This document shows, in pieces, positions 1 through 13,110 of a stretch of DNA of 64,000 bases. A model generated the notes under the pieces. The model made no database searches and was not told the DNA's origin. It saw only the letters and a list, made by a program, of their open reading frames with translations. Position 1 is the first letter of the stretch; each line of letters starts with the position of its first letter. The DNA comes from Mobula hypostoma (lineage: Eukaryota). The position numbers and the translations under genes are program-made. The stretch is from contig NC_086097.1 in assembly GCF_963921235.1 (NCBI RefSeq), positions 117,120,001-117,184,000 on the forward strand, given 5' to 3'.

Positions 1-289
1 CTTGTTATTTTATGAAATTATAAACTAAATATAGAGTATAGTACTATTCATTTGTAGTATTTTAATCTGTTGTTTAGTGAATAGATCCATTTTGCAAATC
101 AACTTTTCCTTTAAATATACACAGATTGCATTAATAATCATTTGGAATATGTGTGAGAAGTAAGAATTGCTTCACTGTGACTTTTAAAGACTTGCTATTA
201 TAATAATTTTAGTTGCTCTGCATCAAATTTGATTAAAGGTATCTTTCTGAATTGAGGAACTGAACTTATCAATCCCCATCATGGTGTTG

Positions 290-2745
290 TATGATAGGCC
301 TCCCGATAACCAATGTCAGATGGAGGATGCAAGAACAGATACGTGGGTTGATCATAGAAACATGTAAGAGCAACAGGGCTGATGCAGTGGGTGACTTTGA
401 TTTCCCCAATACTAGACCTCGTATTACAATCTGAGCTTCGCAAAGTGATTGGAGTTTCCAGATAGTAATGGATAAGGATAAGCCTGGATCTTTGGAAAAG
501 ATTGGAAGTGGCTGCTTTTGGTTAAGTCCACATCTGGCATTTGGGGATTGCTTAAAGACTGCAGGACTAACGTGCTCCTGTTAGGAAGAGAGACAAGGTC
601 AACAAGGTTTAGTAACATTGGATGACGAAAAAGGTTATATCTCTAGTCGTAATGAAAAAGTAAACATAGTTAAGGCTTTTGGAAGTGGAAATCAGGCAGA
701 TAAGAATATATAAAGGAAGCAGGTAAGATCACGAACTACTATCACCTTAAGCAACAAGAAAGTTTCCAGAAGATTGCAGTATCTTCCTTTCTTTAAGGGT
801 GATAGGACAAATGAAGCAAATTGTGGGTTGGTGAGCTTTACATCAATGAAGGGAAATTATTGGAGAAGATTCTTATAGGTAGGATTCGCTCACATTTGGT
901 AAAGGGTGGGTTCATTACAGATAGTCAGCATGGCTTTATGCACAAGGGGTCATGAATAATGAACTCGATTCAGTTTATAGAGAAAATGAAGAAAATGATT
1001 GATGAGATTAGGGAAGTAGAAGTTACCTACATGAACTTCAGTAAAGCAGTTAACAAGGTAGTCTAATTGAAACGATGGAATCCACGATGACTGTAGATTG
1101 AGTTCAAAATTGGCTTTGCCATAGTAGACAGAGCATAATGGTGGAGGGATATTATTTCTTTTTATTTATATAAACAGCATGGTAATAGGCCCTTCTTGCC
1201 TATGCTGCCTAATTACACCCACATGATCAATTAACCCACTAACCTGTATATCTTTGGAGGAAACCCATGCCACCACAGGGAGAATGTACAAACTCCTTCC
1301 AGACAGAGGCTGGAATTGAACCCAGGTCGCTGACACTGTTACGCTACATTGCTACCTCTTGTTATTGTGACTGGAGTTCTGTGACCAGTGGTTCTCCACA
1401 ACGAATCGGCGCTGGCATCTCTGCTGTTTGTCATTTATATAGATATGACTTGGATAAAAATGTAGGTCAACTGATTTGTAAGCTTGCCGACAGTGCAAAG
1501 TATATCAGATCTTAGAACAGCGAGAGCCGTTGTGAAAGGAATCAGCAGGGGATAGATCGTTTGGAAAGATGGTGGAGTAATTGCAGACAGAGTTTAATCT
1601 GAAACAAGTGTGAGTTGTTGCACTTCAGGAGATCAAAATTAATTAGTAAATGGCAGAGCCCTCAGGAGCATTGATGTGGAGAGAACTTGAGGGAACCATA
1701 GTGTCCTGGAAGCAGCAGCTCAAGTTTACAGGGTGGTGTAGAAGCCAGCCATCTGTTCTCTCTCTACCATGCACTGTGTGTTGCGATTTTATTATGTTTA
1801 TCATAGTAACTAGTCACATGAGTGGGGGCGTGTTCAACGAAAAGTGAATAAGTCACATGTTCATGCTTATTAATCACAATTTGTAGCTTGGGACTGGCAG
1901 ATATTGTATCTTTTGCTGGCCATTCAATAATGTTCAATTGCACTTAGCTTACTCTTGGGTAAACTTCAGCTTCATTGCTTCAAGCTTGTATGTTTGCTAA
2001 TTGCTAATAAAGGATTGAATGCATGCCTTCAGATCTTGAAGCAATCATTACAGAAGTGAGGATATATCATGCGAGTGTAACAAATCCATAAGGTTTGATT
2101 TGTTTTGTTTTGTTTTTGCCACTATGGGTGGTAAAGAATGCTTTGTTTTCATCAATCAGGGTGGTGAGTTTCAACGGTGACATCTGGCAACTACGTACAT
2201 CTTTACAGAGGGCACGTTTAGTATATTGTGTGCAGTTCGTTACAGGAAGGACATTAAAGCTTTGGATAGGTTAGAGAAGAGGTTCATCAGGATGTTGCCT
2301 GGAGTAAAGAACATTAGCACTAAGGGAGGTTGGACAAGTTTGGACTGTTTTCTCCAGAGCATCAAAGGCTAAGGAGTGGTTAATTGAAATATAGAAAAAT
2401 TTTGAGAGAAATAGAGTAGGTAATCAGAGTCTTGATCTGAGGGTGGAAATGTCAAATATTATACGATACAGCTTTAAGGTAAGAAAGGGAAAGTTTGAAG
2501 GAGACTTACAAGGAAATGTTTTTATAGAAAGAGTAGTAGGTGCTTAGAATATGCTGACAGGGGAGGTAGAGGAAACAGATACAAAAGTAATGTTTAAAAG
2601 GGGTTGCAATGGGGATGACCGGCACGAGATAGACGATTGTACTGCAGACCATGTGCAGGCAGTTTGGATTGGCTTAATTTGACATAATGGTAAGGGTTGA
2701 CATTGTGGGTCAATAGCCTGCCCTTGTGATTTACTGTTCTATGTC
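290..2745 (+). mobile_element. Old, degenerate CR1-clade LINE (ORF2 EN-RT to 3' end), interrupted by a SINE and another insert
   Basis: Decayed motifs in order: GDFDFPN (EN, ~390), NFSKAVNKV (=DFSKAFDKV, ~1033), VQNWL..RQ (~1100), WSSVTSGSPQ (~1372), LADSAK (=FADDTK, ~1483), CR1-type 3' end near 2710-2745. Many stops and frameshifts. Confidence 0.8.
1160..1360 (-). mobile_element. tRNA-derived V-domain SINE fragment (HE1-like)
   Basis: Reverse complement contains GGAGTTTGTACATTCTCCC (V-SINE core) preceded by a B-box-like GGTTCAATTCC. Confidence 0.7.
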
Positions 2746-3379
2746 TTACATCCTAGATATGTGAAAATCTATCATTTCATCACGTATAAAAAATTAGCAC
2801 TTCCAAATTTCTTGGAAGTTTAATGTTAGAAAACAGATACGGTAAGCTAATTTGAGTGTAAATTGATGTGGGTTAGTGTCTCTAGAAACTTTTACTTTTG
2901 AGGTGACCTGTCTCAGTTACATTGGTTATAATGGAAGGCATTAGCTAAGTTGATATCGCTTTTTAAATGTTTCAATTAATTGTATAAAAAAAGAACTGGA
3001 TGCATATCAGTATAATACAAAAATATCTACAAATCTGTGAAAAAGTCTGGTATAAACGCTAACTGCCTCAGCAGCATCTGGAGTTTAATCTAAAATTTTG
3101 TTTTCACATATCAGATTGTTTTAATCCTTTTTTTAATTCACAGTTTGCAGATATTCACTAACAAGGCTAAAGTTTTACTAATAGACACAAATTTCTGGAG
3201 GAACTGGGGCAAGTGATGGAGAGAAATGAACAGACAACAATTCAGACTGAGACCCTTCACCAGGGTATCAATCGAGCATTCTGTGTGTGTTGATCAAGAT
3301 TTCCAATAATGGCTTGTGAATAAAATTTACCATTTACTCTGACAGTTAGATGAAATGTTTTAAATGTTTTCTTCTGTGA

Positions 3380-3880
3380 TGTAGGTGTTGCAAATAGTGC
3401 CCCATGCTAAACTGAGAGCATACTGACTGACTGCATCACAGCCTGGTATGGGAACTGCACCTCCCTTAATCTCAGGATTCTGAAGAGAGTGGTGCGGACA
3501 GCCCAGTGCATCTGTAGTTGTGAACTTCCTATGATTCAGGGCATTTAGAGAGAGGTGTGAAAAAAGGGCCCGAAAGAACATTGGGGACCCAAGTCATCCC
3601 AACCACAATTGATTCCAGCTGTTACCATCTGGGATATGGTACAGCAGCATAAAAGCCAGGACCAACAGGCTCCAGGACAGCTTCTTCCACCAGGTCATCA
3701 TACTGATTAACTCACGCTGATTTGAGTGTATTTCTATGTTACCTTGACTGCTCTATTTATTATAAGTTATTATAAATGACTATGATTGCACATCGCACAT
3801 TTAGACGGAGACATAACGTAAAGATTTTTACTCCTCATGCATGTGAAGGACGTAAGAAATACAGGTAAAGTCAATTCAAT
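3380..3880 (+). mobile_element. Rex1/Babar-like LINE 3' fragment
   Basis: ESILT.CITAWYG-type C-terminal coding remnant (~3414-3450). Its 3' UTR and tail match the opposite-strand copy at 17812-18575. Confidence 0.7.
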
Positions 3881-4731
3881 ATCATTGGTTCTCTTGTTGA
3901 ACCATTGCAGTAATTCTGCAGTGCTGTGACCCACTGTTCCACATCTTTAGTGAAAGAATAACAGTATGGGTCCAAGTCAGGATTGCATAATGTGGAGGGG
4001 AGCATTCAGTTGGTGATGTTCTCACTTGGCTTACCTTCTCTCTTACCTCTGGCTGGTAATAGTTATGTGTTTGGGATTTGGGAGCAGATTGATGTTTCAG
4101 TCAAGTCTCGGTCATCCGCTGCAGAGTATATTGAAAGCAGTGCCCCAAACATCTAGACCCCAAGCATCAACCATTTATTCATTTCCATAGACGCTGCCTG
4201 ACCTGATGATTTCCTCCAGCATTTTGTGCGTGTTGCTTTGGATTTCTCATGTTTATGATTTGCTACAGAATACATAGTTAATGAAGCCATAGAACATGGC
4301 TGATGTTCTGATCAGTGGCAACCTTCCCAATTTGTTATTGATGCCAAGATTGCTAACGTTAACACCTTTGACTACTAAAGACAACTGTGGTAAAAATGTT
4401 CTCTTGTTGGAAATGATCTCTACTTGGGGCTCACGTGGCTTAAGTATTGCGACTTACGATCTTTGTCTCAGTATTGTCACTGAGATATTGAGATATTGCA
4501 AGTGGAGTTGAATATTAACCAGTTAGTAATAAATATCCTCACTTCTAACTTCTGATGGAAGTTGGTCAGCTATTAAGAAACTGAAGATGGTAGGTGTGAG
4601 GCACTGTCATGAGAAACTCCTGCATTGGACTCCAACTCTGGTACAAGTTGCCTCCAGGCTGTCCTGTGGGGGATGTGGCTTCTTCTGATTGTTGGAAGTC
4701 GCTTCCATCGTAATTGGTTAGTTTAGAAACT

Positions 4732-4970
4732 CATTCATATATTTAGAATCTCGAGGAGACTCTGATTGATATAAAGAAGAATAAAAATCACAAAAGGTTT
4801 GATTAATCCCCACATGATCCAGTATCAATCGATCATTTTGGTTATAAATCTGATTGATTTGAGATTTAACATAATTAGATTTCAATTGATTAGCCAGCAG
4901 CTTGCCAATTTTGTCACTGTGAACATAAAAGTCACTTCTTGTTTTCTTTAATTGGTTTACAGTCGAGGAC
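4732..4970 (-). pseudogene. Inverted piece of L1 ORF2 (region between endonuclease and RT)
   Basis: Minus strand reads without stops: SSTVNQLKKTRSDFYVHSDKIGKLLANQLKSNYVKSQINQIYNQNDRLILDHVGINQTFCDFYSSLYQSESPRDSKYMN. This typical L1 linker sequence continues as DFLDKLDFPQISQDM on the plus strand from ~4977. Confidence 0.9.
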
Positions 4971-5018
4971 TTTCTAGATTTTCTAGATAAGTTAGACTTC
5001 CCTCAGATTTCACAGGAT

Positions 5019-7463
5019 ATGTCTTCTTTATTAGATACTTTCATTACAATGGATGAGATTAAGAATGTTATTTTTTCTATGAATCTGGGGAAAGCTCCTG
5101 GCCCGGATGGGTTTACCGTTGAATTTTATAAATGTTTTGCTTCTTTATTGATTCCTTGGCTCTGTAGGGTTTTTGAGGCTTCTCTGAAACTTGGTAAACT
5201 TCCTGAATCTTTTAATAGAGCATCAATTTCTCTAATACTAAAGAAGGATAAAGACCCTGCTCAATGTGCATCTTATAGACCAATATCTTTATTAAATGTT
5301 GATTCTAAAGTTTTTTCTAAGTTATTAGCAAATAGACTAGAAAAAGTACTTCCTTCTATTATTTCGGAAGACCAAACGGGTTTTATTAAAGGTCATTACT
5401 CTTTTTATAATATTCGTACATTGTTAAATATCGTTTATACTCCCTCACAAAATGTTCCTGAGTGTGTTATTTCTTTAGATGCCGAGAAAGCTTTTGATAG
5501 ACTAGAATGGCCTTATTTATTTAAGGTGCTTGAAATGTTTAATTTTAGCTTGAAATTTATATCCTGGATTAAACTGTTATATCATTCTCCTGTAGCCTCG
5601 GTTTGTACTAACTCTTTAAACTCACCTTTTTTTCCTCTCTTTCGTGGTACTCGACAAGGCTGTCCTCTTAGTCCCCTATTATTTGATATTGCATTAGAAC
5701 CTCTTGCAATTGCTATTCGAGAATCTTCAAATATTACTGGGATAACTCGGGGATTAAAGTCCCATAAATTATCACTCTATGCTGATGATTTACTTTTATA
5801 TATTTCTAATCCTGAGAAATCTATTCCTGCTGTTTTAGAGTTATTAGCACAATTTGGTTTTTTCTCAGGTTATAAATTAAATCTTAGTAAGAGTGAACTT
5901 TTTCCGATTAATAAACATCTTCCCTTATATTATAAATTTCCATTTAAATTGATTAATAATTATTTTTCATATCTTGGGATTAAAATTACTTGTAAATACA
6001 AAGATTTATTTAAGATTAACTTTTTACCATTAATAGACCATATTACTCAACTTTCATCTAAATGGTTTCCCTTATATTTAACTTTGATTGGTCGTATTAA
6101 TGCAGTTAAGATGTTTTTTTTGCCAAAATTTTTATACGTGTTTCAGGCATTACCAATTTTCGTTCCAAAATCTTTCTTTGATAAAGTTGACTCTAAAATT
6201 TCTTCATTTATTTGGCAGAATAAGAATCCGAGACTGGGTAAAATACATTTACAGAAAGCTAAGAGAGATGGAGGTTTAGCATTACCTAACTTTAGATTCT
6301 ATTATTGGGCTATTAATATTCGACATATGAAATTTTGGTTACTTGACCAGGACATACTATCTATTCCTAAATGGGTAGCATTGGAATTACAATCTGTTCA
6401 GGGTTATACACTTGGCTCTATTTTAGGCTCCTCTCTCCCTTTTGATTCGAAACGCCTTAAGCAGGTCTCTAACCCGATAGTTAAATATGCCTTGCGCATT
6501 TGGTTTCAATTCAGAAAATTTTTTGATCTTAATCAATTCGGGTTAGCGATTCCTATTTTAGGTAACATATTTTTTCCTTCCTCCTTTACGGATCGCGCTT
6601 TTCAAACTTGGAAGACTAAGGGTATTTTACGGTTTTTGGATTTATTTTTAGATGGTTCCCTTATGTCTTTTGAACAATTATCTAATAAATATAACTTATC
6701 AAGAATACATTTTTTTAGATATTTACAAGTTAGAAATTTCCTAAGTACTATACTTTCTTCCTTTCCAATGCTTCCTCCTACATATATTTTAGATTCGATA
6801 ATTAACCTCAATCCATGTCAGAAAGGTGCATCGGCTATGATTTATAATATTATTATGAAACTTAGGAAAGCTCCATTTGATAAGATTAGGGTAGATTGGG
6901 AACAGGAATTGGGGCTTACCATTTCTGTGGATGATTGGGGGCAGATTTTACAATTAGTTAATACTTCCTCTATTTGTGCTAAACATTCCCTAATTCAATT
7001 TAAAGTGGTTCATAGAGCACATATGTCTAAAGATAAGTTAGCGCGCTTTTACTCGCATATTAATCCCTTCTGTGATAGATGTTCGGGGCAGATAGCCTCT
7101 TTAACTCATATGTTTTGGTCTTGCCCTACTTTGGAAACTTTTTGGAGAGATATTTTTAATATTATTTCTAAGGTATTAAATATAGATATCTCTCCTCACC
7201 CTATTACTGCTATCTTTGGACTACCTAAAATTTCTAGTAATCTTTCCCCTTCAGCCCGTAGAATGATTGCATTTCTTACTTTAATAGCGAAAAGATGTAT
7301 TTTACAACATTGGAAAGAGCTTAATGCTCCAACTACCTTTTTTTGGTTTTCTCAGACGATTTTATGTTTGAATTTGGAGAAAATTAGAAGTAACCTTTAT
7401 GATTCTTCATTTAAATTTGAACAGATTTGGGGACCTTTTATTCGATATTTTCATTTAATGTAA
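5019..7463 (+). CDS. L1 ORF2 reverse transcriptase plus C-terminal zinc knuckle (N-terminally truncated, no endonuclease)
   Basis: 814-aa uninterrupted ORF with KAPGPDG, YRPISLLN, SLDAEKAFD, GTRQGCPLSP, LYADD, YLGI and CDRC..THMFWSC motifs. Confidence 0.93.
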   Translation: MSSLLDTFITMDEIKNVIFSMNLGKAPGPDGFTVEFYKCFASLLIPWLCRVFEASLKLGKLPESFNRASISLILKKDKDPAQCASYRPISLLNVDSKVFSKLLANRLEKVLPSIISEDQTGFIKGHYSFYNIRTLLNIVYTPSQNVPECVISLDAEKAFDRLEWPYLFKVLEMFNFSLKFISWIKLLYHSPVASVCTNSLNSPFFPLFRGTRQGCPLSPLLFDIALEPLAIAIRESSNITGITRGLKSHKLSLYADDLLLYISNPEKSIPAVLELLAQFGFFSGYKLNLSKSELFPINKHLPLYYKFPFKLINNYFSYLGIKITCKYKDLFKINFLPLIDHITQLSSKWFPLYLTLIGRINAVKMFFLPKFLYVFQALPIFVPKSFFDKVDSKISSFIWQNKNPRLGKIHLQKAKRDGGLALPNFRFYYWAINIRHMKFWLLDQDILSIPKWVALELQSVQGYTLGSILGSSLPFDSKRLKQVSNPIVKYALRIWFQFRKFFDLNQFGLAIPILGNIFFPSSFTDRAFQTWKTKGILRFLDLFLDGSLMSFEQLSNKYNLSRIHFFRYLQVRNFLSTILSSFPMLPPTYILDSIINLNPCQKGASAMIYNIIMKLRKAPFDKIRVDWEQELGLTISVDDWGQILQLVNTSSICAKHSLIQFKVVHRAHMSKDKLARFYSHINPFCDRCSGQIASLTHMFWSCPTLETFWRDIFNIISKVLNIDISPHPITAIFGLPKISSNLSPSARRMIAFLTLIAKRCILQHWKELNAPTTFFWFSQTILCLNLEKIRSNLYDSSFKFEQIWGPFIRYFHLM

Positions 7464-8654
7464 TATTTACCCTTCTTGTTTTTTTTTTCACTGTTTTTAA
7501 TGGAGGTCGGGATTGAGGACGTGATTTTAAGTTTAACTCTGTTTGGTTTCAAGTTAGCCCATTGCTTTGCCTTGCTTTTAGTTAGTTGCACGGTGGGTTT
7601 TTTTGGGGGTTTTTTTTTTCTTTTTTTCCATTGATATATATAAAATTTAGTATACTATTATGTTATCTTGGTTTCTTATGTTTAAATTACATTGTTTGTA
7701 GTATTTTTTTTGGTATTGATACCTTTTGGAATTTTATTATACTTTAACATTGTATTAATGTTTATATGGCTTACCTTTTTTGTATACTTACTCAATAAAA
7801 AGATTTAAAAAGAAAGAAAGAAACTGCATCTGCTTGTCCCATTGGTTAGCTGCCTACAGTCCAGTTTCAAATATCCTGGGTATAAAATCACACGTGGAAG
7901 AGGCTTGTTTAAGGCCAGTGGTGCACATGACCATTGGGAAGATATGCTCTGTGTGTGCATTTAATTATGTATGTTTGTTGAATATTCATCTGTGTAGTTT
8001 CTGTAACTTGAGGAACGTGAATGTTTGGTCAGATTATTACTGTTGGTAAAAAAATTATTAATATACTTATTCACAGCCAGTGTTTTCTGTCACAATTGCC
8101 AGACCCGTGAATCAGATTCAACATTACACAGGCCTCTGATCTCCAGTCCTTGGCTCTGGAATCTCATATTCACAGACACAAGACCTCTAACCTCCAGTCC
8201 CTTGTTTGGACTCACATGCATCTGGCTCTGACTTCCAGACAAGTTGACCCAGGGGCTTTGATCTTTGGACCTTGACTTCCAGATTTACTGACTTTGGTCT
8301 TTGATCTTCAGGCTTTGGCCTCTGGACTTGCCTGATTTGATCTTCAATCTCTAGACTTCTCTGAGCTCTGGATCAACCTCAGGGCTTGCCAGTCATGAGA
8401 ATTTGACCTCTGCCCTTGATCTCCTTGATCTCCACCGACCCTGTGTCTCACCAACCAGGAGGTCACTGGCCCTCGTCCTCAGGGTCTCTGACCATGATCT
8501 TGAGCCATGGGAATCACTGCTTTTCATCCTCAACACCTGGTGACCCAAGCTCCATCCTTGAGGATAACTGACTGCTGAGCACTCTGAATTGGACCCCACT
8601 TCTGGCTCCTGCTCCTGACCTCCAACTCTCCCTTATCCAAGTCGCAAATCCAAG

Positions 8655-10170
8655 ACGCATTGGTAATCAATTTCCAGTGTTCTATAGATTCAGGATCAGT
8701 TCCTGCGGATTGGGGGGTAGCTAATATTATCCCACTTTTTAAGAAAGGAGGGAGAGAGAAAGCAGGGAATTATAGACCAGTTAGCCTGACATCAGTGGTG
8801 GAGAAGATATTGGAGTCAATTATAAAAGATGAAATAACGATACATTTGGATAGCAGTAACAGGATCGGTCCAAGTCAGCATGGATTTACGAAGGGGAAAA
8901 CATGCTTGACTAATCTTCTGGAATTTTTTGAGGATGTAACTATGAAAATGGACAAAGGAGATTCAGTGGATGTAGTGTACTTGGACTTTCAGAAAGCCTT
9001 TGGTAAGGTTCCACATAGGAGATTAGTGGGCCAAATTAGAGCACATGGTATTGGGGGTAGGGTACTGACATGGATAGAAAATTGGCTGGCAGACAGGAAA
9101 CAAAGGGTAGAGAGTAACGAGTCCCTTTCAGAATGGCAGGCAGTGACTAGTGAGGTACCGCAAGGCTCGGTTCTGGGACCGCAGCTGTTTACAATACACA
9201 TTAATGATTTAGATGAAGGGATTAAAAGTAACATTAGCAAATTTGTAAATAACACAAAGCTGGGTGGCAGTGTGAAACGTGAGAAGGATGTTATGAGAAT
9301 GCAGGGTGACTTGGACAGGTTGGGTGAGTGGGCAGATGTATGGCAGATGCAGTTTAATGTGGATAAATGTGAGGTTATCCACTTTGGTGGCAAGAACAGG
9401 AAGGCAGATTACTATCTGAATGGTATTAATTTAGAAAAAGGGGAAGTACAACGAGATCTAGGTGTCCTTGTTCATCAGTCACTGAAAGTAAACATGCAGG
9501 TACAGCAGGCAGTGAAGAAAACTAATGGCTTGTTGGTCTTCATAACAAGGAGAGTTGAGTATAGGAGTAAAGAGGTCCTTCTGCAGTTATACAGAGCCCT
9601 GGTGAGACCACACCTGGAGTATTGTGTGCAGTTTTGGTCTCCAAATTTGAGGAAGGACATTCTTGCTATTGAGGGAGTGCAGCATAGATTAACGAGGTTA
9701 ATTCCTGGAATGGCAGGACTGTTGCATGTTGAAAGATTGGAGTGACTAGGCTTGTATGCACTAGAATTTAGAAGGATGAGAGGGGATCTGATTGAAACTT
9801 ATAAGATTATTAAGGGATTGGACATGCTAGAGGCAGGAAACGTGTTCCCCATGTTGGGGGAGTCCAGAACCAGAGGCCACAGTTTAAGAATAAGGGTTAG
9901 GCCATTTAGAATAGAGTTAAGGGAAAACTTTTTCTCACAGAGAGTTGTGGATCTGTGGAATGATCTGCCTCAGAGGGCAGTGGAGGCCAATTCTCTAGAT
10001 ACTTTCAAGAAAGAGTTAGATAGAGCTCTTAAAGATAGCAGAGTCAAGGGATATGGGGAGAAAGCAGGAACGGGGTACTGATTGTGGATGATCAGCCACG
10101 ATCACAGTGAATGGTGGTGCTAGTTCGAAGGGCTGAATGGCCTACTCCTGCACCTATTGTCTATTGTCTA
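8655..10170 (+). mobile_element. 5'-truncated CR1 LINE (RT to 3' tail), inactive
   Basis: ORFs 8660-9745 and 9752-10081 are in frame and split by one TGA. NYRPVSLTS, YLDFQKAF and PQGSVLGP are present; catalytic FADD is mutated to FVNN. Tail ends (ATTGTCT)n. Confidence 0.92.
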
Positions 10171-10404
10171 AACTCTAATGTGACCCCAAACTCCCCATGC
10201 TGCCCCAAATCTACCCATACAAACATAGAAATCAACCAAGTCTGAACCAAGACCTTGACAGAGATTACAGGTTGGTACCATCTTGACCAGAAGTAGATAA
10301 TCTGAATTTGAGAGTGAAATTAGAAATTGTTCTCCTGTTTATCATTAATTCAGTTACCATAGGTTAGGGGTAAAAAAGTTCTTTCTGAGCACCTGATTGT
10401 CAAA

Positions 10405-10620
10405 GGATCCTGTCTCTCTCTGTAATGAGTTTGTACATTCTCCCCGTGACAGCATGGGTTTCCTCCGGGTGCTCCGGTTTCCTCCCGCAGCCCAAAGATG
10501 TACTGGTTGGTAGGTTAATTGGTCATTGTAAATTGTCCTGTGATTAGGCTCAGATTAAATCAGGGAATTGCTGGGCATCACAGCTCAAAGGGCAGGAAGG
10601 GCCTATTCTGCATTGTATCT
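10405..10620 (+). mobile_element. V-domain SINE (HE1-like) with CR1-type tail
   Basis: GAGTTTGTACATTCTCCCCGTG...GGGTTTCCTCCGGGTGCTCCGGTTTCCTCCC core; tail AAGGGCCTATTCTGCATTGTATCT. Confidence 0.8.
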
Positions 10621-11456
10621 TAATAATTATGTAGAGAGAGGCCTCAAGAAAGTATATAAAAAGTTGTTTTTGACAAAAAAAAGCTAATTATATGGAATAA
10701 CAAGTGAATTTTACTCCATTTACTTTTAAATATACAAATGAAGTCAAACTTATGTTGCAGCATACAAACCACAAACATTATTCCATATACTCTCCAGAGG
10801 TACGTCACATATTTAAAACCAGGGGCCAGCTACAAAATAGTTCCCCTGTTTTTTATTGGTATGACTGTCTTGAAATGGAGCAGTGATAAGCACGATTGTC
10901 AGATGATGCTTACATGTCAGCTATACCCATTCAGTAATCTGCTACATCACAGTTTTTACATGGTATTTACAAGGTGATAGTGCATAGTATGTATTCTTAT
11001 TAGGAAATAATTAGTCTTTTTAAATTAATTTTAGTAGTTTTACTCCCTTATGGAGAATCAGATACATTCTATCGCTCAGAAGCAAAAACTACTTGTGATG
11101 CTCCAAAAATGACAATGGGCTGCAAACGGCAGATATTCTTAGCTTCAACTTGGACAGAAATTCTGATGGTCATTGTGATCCTAACAATCAACTGTGATAG
11201 TGGTCTGAACCTGCACCTTACTATACAATAGCTGACGAGAAAGTGCTTTAGTACCAATCTGCTAGGTCAAGATTCAAGTTCATTTATCACGTGCAGATTG
11301 AAGAATACAGTAAAATGCACTATTGGCATTAACAACCAACACACCCAAGGGCATGCTGGAGGCAGCCCGCAAGAGTCGCCACACGTTCTGGAGTCAACAT
11401 TGTATACCCACATTGCTCGACGGGGCAACATATTACACAGCAAAACAGAACACACT

Positions 11457-13110
11457 AGAATCAGGTTTACTATCACCGGCATGTGACGTGAAATTTGTTA
11501 ATTTAGCAGCAGCAGTTCAATGCAATGCATCATCTAGAAGAAATCAATCATTCAATTGCGGTATATATCTATTGAATAGATAAAAAATTGTGCAAAAACA
11601 AAAAAATATATATATTAAAATAGTGAGGTAGTATTCATAGTTTCAATGTCCATTTAGGAATCGGATGGCAGAGGGGAAGGAGTTGTTCCTGAATCACTGA
11701 GTGTGTACCTTCAGGCTTCTGTATCTCCTACCTGATGGTAACAGTGAGAAAAGGGCATGGCCTGGGTGCTGGGGGTCCTTAAAAATGCATTGTATCTTAA
11801 TAATTCTGAGACACTGCTCCTGAAGATGCCCTGGGTACTTTGTAGGCTAGTACCCAAAATGGAGCTGACGAGATTTACAACCTTCTGCAGCTCCTTTCAG
11901 TCCTGTGCAGTATCCCCACCCCATACCAGACAGTGATGCAGCCTGTCAGACTGCTCTTTACGATTCATCTATAGAAGTTTTTGAGTGTATTTGTTGACAT
12001 ACCAAATCTCTTCAAACTCCTAATGAAGTATAGTCGCTGTCTTGCCTTCTTTATAACTGCATCGATACGTTGGGACCAGGTTAGATCCTCAGAGATCTTG
12101 ACACCCAGGAACATGAAACTGCTCGCTCTCTCCACTTCTGATCCCTCTATGAGGACTAGTATGTGTTCCTTCATCGTACTCTTCCTGAATTCCACAATCA
12201 GCTCTTTCGTCTTACTGACGTTGAGTGCCAGGTTGTTGCTGCGACACCACTCCACTAGATGGCATATCTCACTCCTGTACACCCTCTCGTCACCACCTGA
12301 GAGTCTACCAACAATGACTGCATCATCAGCAAATTAATAGATGGGTATTTGAGCTATGCCTAGCCACAACGTCATGTGTATATAGAGTGTAGAGCAGTGG
12401 ACAAAGCACACACCCCTGAGGTGCACCAGTGCTGATTGTCAGCGAGGAGGAGATGTTATCGCCAATCCACACAGATTGTGGTTGTGTTGCCCTTAAGGCA
12501 TTTATTTGACTTTGTTAGGTCTACATTTTCAATGATTTGCTTGTAACTATTTTCTAGTTAAAGGTTGATAATTAAGTTACAGTATAACAACGATAAATTC
12601 ATTGTCTATAGTATGTCGCGGCATGTGATGACGTCACCTCCGGTTTCGCCGCATCTTTATGTGTAACCTCTGGTTCGGAGAAGGTGTAAAGGTGGGTGCC
12701 ATGCATGCAGCATGATCGTGAAGAGCTCTGTGTCTTCCCACAGAAACATTATAGAAGCAAAGCCTTTTCACCATATGGTATTAATGTGGAAGCGTGAACA
12801 GTAAATGGTTAACCTTACTACGACTCTGTCTTCATTGACTCCGGTTTAACCTGGTGTTCCGTCAGAGTTTCAACACACTGCATGAGAATACCACAGTGGT
12901 CTTCCGATTTGGAAGTTGAGGATCCAATTGTAGAGAGAGCTACAGAGGCCCAGATTCTGTAACTTCTCAATCAGGATTGTGGGAATGATGGTGTTAAGTA
13001 CTGAGCTATAGTCGATGAACAGCATCCTGACATAGGTGTTTGTGTTTTTCAGGTGGTCTAAGGCTGTGTGAAGAGCCATTGAGATTGTGTCTGCCTTTGA
13101 CCTATTGTGG
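11457..13110 (-). mobile_element. Rex1/Babar LINE (RT to 3' end), split by an insert at 12483-12895
   Basis: [18 protein letters not shown] (12870-13110) and WCRSNNLALNVSKTKELIV..FLGVKISEDLTW..RQRLYF (11965-12282); 3' tail near 11457. Confidence 0.88.
12483..12895. mobile_element. Probable LTR-like insert inside the Rex1 element
   Basis: Flanked by GTGGT (12478-12482 and 12896-12900). Begins TGTGTTG, with the inverted CAACACA at 12871-12877 followed by 18 extra bases. Confidence 0.45.

Larger units (their letters stand above)
4732..7818 (+). mobile_element. Young 5'-truncated, 5'-inverted L1-clade LINE
   Basis: Open ORF2 remnant, T-rich 3' UTR, AATAAA at 7794-7799 and A-rich tail. TSD AGAAACT at 4725-4731 and 7819-7825. 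Segment 4732-4970 is upstream ORF2 sequence in inverted orientation. Confidence 0.92.
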
